Assembly (NCBI RefSeq): GCF_964194025.1
Contig: NC_134471.1
Location: 26,350,001-26,414,000, forward strand
Direction of reading: 5' to 3'
DNA: 64,000 nucleotides
Origin: Convolutriloba macropyga
Taxonomy: Eukaryota
The first letter of the stretch is position 1. Each line of letters opens with the position of its first letter. The notes beneath the pieces are model-generated. The model saw only the letters and a list, made by a program, of their open reading frames with translations, did not search any database and had not been told where the DNA came from. Made by a program: the position numbers and the translations under genes. This document shows positions 1 to 9,921 of the stretch, in pieces.

Positions 1-319
1 ACATTAAAATCTACTTTTTCTGTGAAAAACTCCAAAGAACGGCTCAGTCGCAACGTTAAATTTACTAATCACCACTGTCCTTTGATGCTACGATTTAAGA
101 GTTGTTAAGGACAGCGTTTAACGTTCCCTTAGATGTTAGACACAAACAACGACAGAACGCAAATATCGCCAGAAATTTTTAAGTTTAGAAAAAAATACTT
201 GATAGTTGCTTTAAAGAGCGGTATTAAATTAGTTCGGTCCCAATTTCTGTTTTTTTGCTAATTTTTTAAAAATCTGACGGATTTTGAAAAAAAACGAATG
301 GGCCCGTTACGTTCATGAA
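1..319. repeat. Dispersed repeat fragment, apparently identical to 26145-26463
   Basis: ACATTAAAATCTACTTTTTCTGTG...CCGTTACGTTCATGAA reads the same at both loci, then the two diverge abruptly. Confidence 0.9.
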
Positions 320-1066
320 TCAATAAAGCAACCATAACGTCAGATACGAAAAATCAAGATATTTGGGCTTAGATCATGTGAATCATGGGATTAACATAAT
401 GATTAATGTTGAAAGAGTTTAATCAAGAGCTGGCCCATCTGCAACAAGTTCCGCAATCCATAAGAAAAACCGCATCCAGTGTGTGTTCTGATTAATTGTT
501 TCCTCGTTCCAGTATTCACTAAGGGCCAATTGTTTGGCGTCCAAAAAAACAAACGTTGCAGCGCTTAGGAATAATGCAGAGAAATAGTGCAGATGTGTTA
601 AACGGGCACTCAGCAGACAGGAACTCTCTGATTCAGAACATTCGTCCTTCATTCAGAACAGAGTTCATTCTTTCCTTCAACATTCTTATCCGACAGACAA
701 CTATGAATCCAAATCATTTCGGGAAATTCATTATTAATGATTCCAACATAGGCTGTAGCGGCGAACTGTTAATGTAAAGGCAAGAAAGCAAGGGCGATGA
801 CAGGAAAACTTTCGAAAAGTAGCTGTCAAAGTTTTAAAATTAATTGATGTTCTTTCAAGTGACTAATTTGATTCAGCTAGTATCCATCAGCAACTGAAGT
901 AATCTGCCAATAAAGAGATTAAGTTATTAAATAGTACTAAGTACAACAACTTCTAATATAAAAATCAGTAAAATCTTTTGAAAACGAAAAGCGTATAAGT
1001 CAAAGAAAAAACAGACGATAACAGAAAAGAAGAATACAATTGGACATTCGAATTGAACATTATCAG

Positions 1067-3328
1067 TGTAAAGTCGTAACCAATAGGCTAAGACCACAAC
1101 TATTAGAATTTTGGTCGTGAAACCTTCTTTTTTTAGTTAAACGGACAATTAAGTAAAGCAACTAGTGACAAAATAATAGCTATGAACAACGGACAACTTT
1201 TGAATACCTTTAAGTGAAAATAAAATGTGGACAGGGAAGAAGCTAACAAGCAGATTAGGGTCAGTGACGGCTGTAATGAGAGACTGAGAGCGGATTAATT
1301 TTGTTGAAACGGTTTAACTTGAACTCTTAGAAGTCGCAGGTATTCTATTAAAGATTGGGGATTTGTGGTGCACTGAGTGAGAGTTGGCGGAACCCCGGTG
1401 CATGCTGTTGTCATAAAGACTGGAGTCATAACAAATGTCATCATTATACTGTTATCATGAAAATGATTATATCATGAAAGTCGTTATAAAAGGGTTGAGC
1501 CATCTCTTTCTATTTCCTGCGAGAATTATTTATGGATATCCTAGCTCTCATGATGCCTGATAAATGCAAATGAAAGGCCGTTGCTACGCAGCTGAAGTTC
1601 ATAAACCGAAGATAACGTATTACTGACCTCAATGCATTTTAAAGGGATTTATATGAAATTGAGTTCTATAATGAATACTAGGCTGCTGTAATCCGCGAGT
1701 AGCTTGTTGCAACGAAGAAAACCGTTAGTAGTAACTGCCATGCATTATAAATGAAAAAAATTAGAGTTTTACAAAATACCCGATTTTGGTCAAATCTGAA
1801 AATTTTTACAAATTGGGACTGAAAGTTTGTCCACCCCCACCCCCGATTTTGCAAACCCGATATTGCCGAACCCAACCGGGATCACCAACACCCTAGAGGA
1901 CCTCTAAGCTCTTTGTGTACAAGAATTTGTAGTGACAGCTTTACTAGGCGGGTAGCCATTAAAACTTATAGGGGGAAAAGTGATAATTTTAGGAGAAAAT
2001 CCAATAACGCTGATTTTCAAATCCATGAAAGCCACCTATTACAGGGTGTAATAAGGCCTTGAGCCCATGCCTGAGTAGGCCGAATGGAAACCGTACCCCC
2101 CAAACCGCCTTATGTAAACAAAAGACCGGAAACGTAGGATCGGCCGAGAACTAAGCGTGGACCGATTTGTCGGCCATTTTGAATTATTTCGTTTATCACG
2201 GACGTACGACGCAACCAGGCCGTAAACCTGCAGCGGGTGAGTGGACGCGCGCGGACGGTACTTTAGGAACCCCCCTATGTAAACAAATTGCATGTAAGGA
2301 CAGAAAAATCCGGAATTCACATATACGTAAATTTGGCGGCCATCTTGACTGACGTTTAATAAGTATGTGTTGGTATTTAACACGTCACCATATTACGGCA
2401 TTGGTATTGCGGACTTTCAACGAAGTAGCCAATAGCAGTATAGAAGGCTGAAAGCCTTGTGCAATAATGACGGTTGTTTGGTTTGAGTAAACAAACTGTT
2501 TGCTCGGCTCAGTATATAAGCGGCTTACACTATAAGCGCAGCGGAGAATTTGCTAACCGTGAACGAGTTAATATTCGATTGTTTGGCATAGTTTGTCGGT
2601 ATTATTGAGCTAGAGGCTCTGTGAATCGTTATTGAGCGTCGTTGCGTTAACTTTGCCGGAGCGATTGAGCGCGATGCTCTGAATAGTCGCTGTTATAGAA
2701 TTAGAGTTATTTGGCTAAGTTTGCCTGATTTGATTGAGCGAGAAGCTCTGAGTAGTCTTTGCAGTTCGGTTACGTTATTGAGCACCGATTGCTGTTGCAA
2801 ATGAGCGAGAGGCTCAGGAACTTGCATTATATGATTGAGCAAGGGAATCGGATTAGTTATAGTTATTTGGCAGCGTTTGCCTGATTGAGCGAGAAGCTCG
2901 GACTTATTGTTGTTGTTAGACTGTGGTTCATCAGTCTGTTATTAGCTGAGGGATAATTCCAGCTGTTTGATTGCGTTTGAGTATAGGCGGCAATCGGTAT
3001 TATAGTAGAGTTGAATCGAGAAACAACTTAGTTAGTTATTGTTTCAAGCTTGTGGTTGCTTGTGTTAGAATCAGTTATAGTGGTAGTTATTTTGATTGTC
3101 ATAGTGCATGTTACCTGATGCCTATTGGGTTATTGTAATTAGCTATTAGAATTACTTATTTTAAGTGTTTTACCATCGACACTTTTGAACAGCCAAGAGC
3201 ATAGTACGGGAAATCTATTGTTGTTAAAAAGAAGACTAACCACCAAACTAAAATCCTTTCGAATTGTGAGATCTGGGCGCTATCGTTTTCCCGTGATAGG
3301 CAACCTAATCAAAATTCAGAATCTTACA
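1067..3328 (+). repeat. 5' LTR of giant-LTR element
   Basis: TG...CA termini; high identity to 7170-9429; TATA-like GTATATAAG at ~2512. Confidence 0.9.
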
Positions 3329-3329
3329 G

Positions 3330-3347
3330 TGGTGCTCCTGGGTGGGC
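3330..3347 (+). other. Primer-binding site (tRNA 3'-end complement; resembles Asn/Ile tRNA ends, identity uncertain)
   Basis: TGG (complement of CCA) one base after the LTR end, followed by TGCTCCTGGGTGGGC. Confidence 0.65.
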
Positions 3348-3367
3348 TTCTTCTTCAGCGGGACACA

Positions 3368-6096
3368 ATGGAGCGGAAATCTACGAGTGGTGATAATGTA
3401 TCGAAACAACGACAGATGCGAGGGGGATGGCAACGATCGGTGTGACTTTGGCTCAGGTCCAGGACAAGTGGCGAGCAAGTAGGGCGAAGAGAACAAAATA
3501 CACAATTGACAGAGGAATGAAGAGATGGAATTGTTGGAGATGGGTAGACAGCTCTTCTAAAATGTTTCGATCATGTTCTAATGGACGTGTTGTGGATTTG
3601 GAGCAAGTAGATCGCTGGATTGCGGACAATGGACTTAACTCAACAAACGTGTTAGAAATGATGCGAGAACAAGTAGAGGCGAAACCAGCCCCCGGTTTCT
3701 ACAGGCAGCCGTAGGACTTAGAGGGATGTGAAGACTATAGAGCACCGACGGTGAGCTACGCCGAACAGGATGTTGAGACGATGACTAACCTGGACGAGAT
3801 AAGTTCCAGACTGCAAGCCATTCAACAAGGCATCCACGCATTTGAAAGACATGACCCTATGTGATGGTAGAAGACTTCGCACAACGTGTTCATCTGTGGA
3901 GTTTAGAATTGAGCTGCTTGGAAGAAGGGGAACGAGATGACATAACCATCGACGTGATGTGACAAAAGCTCGCGAGGAATTGAAGGAGGGGCTCGAATCG
4001 AACCACAACTATAGCTATTTCGAAGAAGTTGTCTGGGAGCTCCAGAGATTAGAAATAGAAACTGGAATCCTCGTCCCAGAATCAAAGACCCTAAGTGATG
4101 GCAGCGAGGTGGCGGTGTACCAAACATCGAGCGAGTGGTTAACCCGTAGCAAAGAAAATGAGACCCTGCAAGGGAGAATACTTGAAACTGAAAAACTTGT
4201 AGAGGAAGCCATCTCCTCTAAAGACAAAGGCAATTCCACAGCACAATCAATTCCGAGCACTGAGAGGGAAGTGGAAAAGGAGACTGATGTGACTCTCAAC
4301 AATCTCGAACTGGAAGACACAGCAGAGGCAAGTGCCGAACCTGGAGTACTAGACATCGACTGGTCCAAGAGTATGGAGCTAGAAGGAAGCGAGCATGAGT
4401 TGGACTCGCTGATAGAACACGAGTTAGACAACTTAACTTTTCAAACACCAGAGGAACTGGTAGCCAATTTTGCGGAGCGGGTAATTGCTTGGAGCACCAA
4501 TCTTGATCTCAACGAGGCGGACATAGAGTACGCCAAGATTCAAGCGCTTTGGTTCAGAACGACAGATCAGTTCTACCTTCAATTGCCTAGAGACAGAATT
4601 TGGAGCCACATGCCAGGTCTAGTGGAAGACATGCAGGTGGTGGAGTGGCAGATCAATGAGAGACTGCAAGAGTCGGTTGAGCGCAACGAATTAGTGGGAA
4701 CTGAAGCAGCAGCAGCTAGTGCAGTCCTGGAGACTGAGGAGCCCAAAAACACTGATCAGTGGGACCAACGAAGTCAAAGAGGGTCTACTGAAAACTTTCT
4801 GGTTGACAGTAAAGAGTCAGAAATGAATTATTTAGCTCTACCCACCAGTGAGAGGACAATAAAAACCTACCCCTTTCCTCACAGAGATGAGCGAGTGGAC
4901 GAAGTAATCACGTTGTGCACTCAAAAATGTCCATTACTGAAAGTAGTGGCAGTAACAGACGGAGACGGACTGAATTGCGAAAGTCTTGCCTCCCAAATTG
5001 GCACGCAAGAAGACAACCCAGACAATCACAAGACAGCTGGTCCGTCAAAGGAGAAGGGAACAAATGTGAAAGAAAGAAAAGCAAGTAGAGGATGCAGAAG
5101 ACGATTTAGAGTTTGTCACCAAAAAAGAAGATCGAGCGCAAGGCAACGCTACCGGAGCCTACCTGAAAGCTTATCTGAGGAAGCCTTGCACTCTGATTAA
5201 GCGACAACACCGCTTCAGCAGGAGGAGAATTAGATGATGGAAAGACAACTGAGCTGGTCCAAAGCAATTTGCAGCTATCCCCAAGACTCCCGACGAATGA
5301 GGGGCCTGATGAAGGGCCGCAACACAGCCAAGAACACGCTGACTTCGGCCCTCCGACCCCGGATTGCGAGGAGAGCTACTCAACAGATTGGGAGCGTCCA
5401 CCCCCTTCCCCCGTTTTGATAGATGAGAGGCAAGGCAGTCGGAATCGGGAGGATGCACAACCACAGGGAGCAAATTTTACGGTCAGAGAATTAATTGACG
5501 TTAACACGTCGAACGAGCAGCTAGCCGTCGAACATTTGAGTGCACATCTTGGCTCAGGCACAGACTATAAAATTGAGTTCAAATCTCAGTTGCATGCGGC
5601 TGACCATTGGCGGGAAGCGATTGGTCTGGAGGCACCAGTGGTAGCTAACAGTCAGGAATTGTTCTCCAGTAGTAGCACGGAACTTGATCCGGCAAGTAGC
5701 GAGAGAAGCGGCTGCCAAAAGGAAACCCCTTACCAGGAGGAATTGACGACAGAACAGAACCCCACAGGACCTAACCAAAGCAGACCAGCGAACCTGTCTG
5801 CGCAAAAAGCAGGAGCGACGGACAATCAAAACTTTCTTCCAGCGGACGGGTGGGAACAAAACCACAGATGGAGTCAAACCCTACATGCAGGCCAGCCAAA
5901 TTCTGGTCAACTTCCGGACGGGAGAAACATGTCTCCCAGCCGATGGGCAACAATGAAGGGAACCCAGTCAGAGTGTAGAAGGGAGGAGAAGCAGGAACAA
6001 GAAAGAGGAATCATGTGGGTTAGTTCAATGGAAACTCAGATCCTTGGTGTGGCTTATGAAAGCCCGTTTGATCCAGGTCCTTCACGAAGTCCGTAA
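3368..6096 (+). pseudogene. Disrupted long ORF of the giant-LTR element (acidic, helical, gag position; fragments 3427-3714, 3959-5200, 5269-6096)
   Basis: Same-strand, purine-rich coding-like ORF fragments joined across stops and frameshifts; no CCHC, YxDD or DDE motif recognised. Confidence 0.55.
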
Positions 6097-6457
6097 GACT
6101 TTTCAAATTTCTTGCTCATTAACTTTTGCTCTATTCATTCATGGTGCTAAAGAACCTCCATTTGTGCTGTAAATATCACTAAAGTGGTAAATTGTTGCCT
6201 TCAGGGCCAATTGACAGCAAGCAATCACAAGCTAGAACTCAAATATGACTCGGCAAACAAATAGGTAAGGTGATATAGAAACATGTATTGGTTTAGCAAA
6301 TGTCAAACAGCATAATATGCACTCGCCAGTTAAACGTAAACAAACCAGGGATCATTGTTAAGAATCAACAGTCTGAAGCCGGTTATCTTTCAGTTGGCAT
6401 CGCGAAACCGCTTAACTAGGCTACGTAGAGAAAATACGGAGAAACCAAAAACTATAA

Positions 6458-7015
6458 ATGGATACGCAGTTTAGCGTGAGGCAAGCACTGCAGGACGATG
6501 GAATCTTCTCATCAGAAGAAGTCAAAGCCGCTGCCAGGAACGTAGCGTGAAGACTGGGAAGGGACCTTAAAACTGATGTTTACCCGGCGATGCTCGAACT
6601 GAAAGTACGGCATCTCAACACGTGCTTCTTTGCCCATTGGGATTATTCTATCCACCAAGTGCTCATCTATATGGATCAATCATACATTGGACAACCAGCA
6701 TTGATGGCCAACGAGATACACAGGCTCGATGTTTTCCAAAGGAATGGGGGTACTCCAACTAAAGATGGGAATATTGGAGGAGTCTCTGAAGAAACACTAA
6801 AAATACTGCGATTTTTTGAGAAAGGTGCAAAGTTGAAGAAATATAGAGAAATATCAAAGGTGTGGTGGAGCCCAACCGAGGGAGCGCTTTTTCAGAGTAT
6901 GTACGACAATCTTAGGGAAGGGAACGTTAGTGGGATCAATTTGGCAGACGATACGCTCAGGAGCTTGATTCTGAGGCAAGTGATAGAGCGAGCCGATGAA
7001 GAGGCGGAAGCTTAA
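6458..7015 (+). pseudogene. Second ORF of the giant-LTR element (~185 aa, one in-frame TGA at 6548), unknown function
   Basis: ATG 6458 is in frame with the 6590-7015 ORF; only TGA 6548-6550 interrupts it. Confidence 0.5.
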
Positions 7016-7169
7016 ATTGGACACTTAAATAAGATGAAGAACATTGGCCTAATCGAAAACTTTTTGTGTGTTCGAAAAGTCTTGGGCTAAACGTTACAAT
7101 TTTACTGATAGTGCATTTTGATCTGATGTTAAATTTATCCAGGAGGATAAAGAGTATAGAAGGGAGGTA

Positions 7170-9429
7170 TGTAAAATCGTAACCAATAGGCTGAGACCAC
7201 AACTATTAGAACTTTAGTCGTGAAACATTTTTTTTAGTTAAACGCACAATTAATTAATGCAACTAGTGACAAAATAATAGCTATGAACAACCGACAACTT
7301 TTGAATACCTTTAAGTGAAAATAAAATGTGGACAGGGAAGAAGCTAACAAGCAGATTAGGGTCAGTGACGGCTGTAATGAGAGACTGAGAGCGGATTAAT
7401 TTTGTTGAAACGGTTTAACTTGAACTCTTAGAAGTCGCAGCTATTCTATTAAAGATTGGGGATTTGTGGTGCACTGATTGGGAGTTGGCGGAACCCCGGT
7501 GCATGCTGTTGTCATAAAGACTCGAGTCATAACAAATGTCATCATTATACTGTTATCATGAAAATGATTATATCATGAAAGTCGTTATAAAAAGGTTAAG
7601 CCATCTCTTTCTATTTCCTGCGAGAAATATTTATGGATATCCTAGCTCTCATGATGCCTGATAAATGCAAATGAAAGGCCATTGCTACGCAGCTGAAGTT
7701 CATAAACCGAAGATAACGTGTTACTGACCTCAATGCATTTTAAAGGGATTTATATGAAATTGAGTTCTATAATGAATACTAGGTTGCTGTAATCCGCGAG
7801 TAAATTGTTGCAACGAAGAAAACCGTTAGTAGTAACTGCCATGCATTATAAGTGAAAAAAATTAGAGTTTTACAAAATACCCGATTTTGGTCAAATCCAA
7901 AAATTTTTACAAGTTGGGACTGAAAATTTGTCCATCCCCCCCCCCGATTTTGCGAACCCGATATTGTCGAACCCAACCGGGATCACCAACACCCTAGAGG
8001 ACCTCTAAGCTCTTTGTGTACAAGAATTTGTAGTGACAGCTTTACTAGGCGGGGAGCCATTAACACTTATAGGGGAAAAGTGATAATTTCAGGGAAAATT
8101 CCGAAAACGCTGATTTTGAGTTTCATGAACGCCACCTATTACAGGGTGTAATAAGGCCTTGAGCTCATGCCTGATTAGGCCGAATGCGAACCGTACCCCA
8201 CAAACCGCCTGATGTAAACAAAAGACCCAAAAACGTAGGATCGACCGAGAACTAAGCGTGAACCGATTTGTCGGCCATTTTGAATTATTTCGCTTATCAC
8301 GGACGTACGACGCAACCAGGCCGTAAACCTGCAGCGGGTGAGTGGACGCGCGCGGACGGTACTTTAGGAACCCCCCTATGTAAACAAATTGCATGTAAGG
8401 ACAGAAAAATCCGGAATTCACATATACGTAAATTTGGCGGCCATCTTGACTGACGTTTAATAAGTATGTGTTGGTATTTAACACGTCACCATATTACGGC
8501 ATTGGTATTGCGGACTTTCAACGAAGTAGCCAATAGCAGTATAGAAGGCTGAAAACCTTGTGCAATAATGACGGTTGTTTGGTTTGAGTAAACAAACTGT
8601 TTGCTCGGCTCAGTATATAAGCGGCTTACACTATAAGCGCAGCGCAGAATTTGCTAACCGTGAACGAGTTAATATTCGATTGTTTGGCATAGTTTGTCGG
8701 TATTATTGAGCTAGAGGCTCTGTGAATCGTTATTGAGCGTCGTTGCGTTAACTTTGCCGGAGCGATTGAGCGCGATGCTCTGAATAGTCGCTGTTATAGA
8801 ATTAGAGTTATTTGGCTAAGTTTGCCTGATTTGATTGAGCGAGAAGCTCTGAGTAGTCTTTGCAGTTCGGTTACGTTATTGAGCACCGATTGCTGTTGCA
8901 AGTGAGCGAGAGGCTCAGGAACTTGCATTATTTGATTGAGCAAGGGAATCGGATTAGTTATAGTTATTTGGCAGCGTTTGCCTGATTGAGCGAGAAGCTC
9001 GGACTTATTGTTGTTGTTAGACTGTGGTTCATCAGTCTGTTATTAGCTGAGGGATAATTCCAGCTGTTTGATTGCGTTTGAGTATAGGCGGCAATCGGTA
9101 TTATAGTAGAGTTGAATCGAGAAACAACTTAGTTAGTTATTGTTTCAAGCTTGTGGTTGCTTGTGTTAGAATCAGTTATAGTGGTAGTTATTTTGATTGT
9201 CATAGTGCATGTTACCTGATGCCTATTGAGTTATTGTAATTAGCTATTAGAATTACTTATTTTAAGTGTTTTACCATCGACACTTTTGAACAGCCAAGAG
9301 CATAGTACGGGAAATCTATTGTTGTTAAGAAGAAGACGAACCACCAAACTAAAAACCTTTCGAATTGTGAGATCTGGGCGCTATGGTTTTCCCGTGATAG
9401 GCAGCCTAATCAAAATTCAGAATCTTACA
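7170..9429 (+). repeat. 3' LTR of giant-LTR element
   Basis: Preceded by a PPT, ends TTACA, followed by the TSD copy. Confidence 0.9.
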
Positions 9430-9812
9430 ATTAGCATAAAATTCCAATGAGTCTTATCATTAAGGAGACTAAGAGATTAAACAAATTGAGCAATAAAACT
9501 AGTAAAACCTTTAAATATTGATAATATTTTCGAAAAGTCAAAGTCATAGAAAGGATTAACTGAAACCTTGATTTCAACTGAAACATTTAAATCGATTAAA
9601 AGAATTCACATTAAAACCAGCCTGCAAGAGCTAGAAGAGAAAATGATGATTCTCTTTTCCTCTACGATGCGCTAATAAAAATTGAAGTTTTGACTGAAGA
9701 AAATAACCGGCCTCAAATATATTCACCATTTTGGAAAAAAACGTTGGAACAAGAAATTCAACAATCATAAATAGCATCGATTTCATCACGAAATCCACGT
9801 TTCATTACTTAC

Positions 9813-9921
9813 TTCTTTCCTTTTGAGTTTCTGCGTAAACTCGTCTGTGATTCGTTGGATTTCAAGTTGTTTTAAGTTTAACTCCGCCATCTTGGCTTTG
9901 TACGCTTTCTCCACTGTTGAT
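9813..9921 (-). CDS. Coiled-coil gene exon 6
   Basis: Acceptor CTCTCAG, donor GTAAGT, 109 nt open with a heptad-like peptide. Confidence 0.82.

Larger units (their letters stand above)
1067..9429 (+). mobile_element. LTR retrotransposon-like element with ~2.26-kb LTRs, apparently non-autonomous (no RT/RNaseH/IN seen)
   Basis: Direct repeats 1067-3328 and 7170-9429, both TGTAA...TTACA. PBS-like TGGTGCTCCTGGGTGGGC at 3330. Purine tract AGAAGGGAGG just before 7170. 5-bp TSD ATCAG (1062-1066) / ATTAG (9430-9434), one mismatch. Confidence 0.9.

Noticed and set aside
419-777. Short ORFs 419-652 (-) and 556-777 (+) as further exons or genes
   Set aside because: No convincing splice sites in the required phase and no recognisable motif.
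2604-2901. CRISPR array interpretation of the palindromic repeats
   Set aside because: Eukaryotic context, repeats only ~18 bp and degenerate, irregular and partly homologous spacers, no cas genes, and location inside an LTR.
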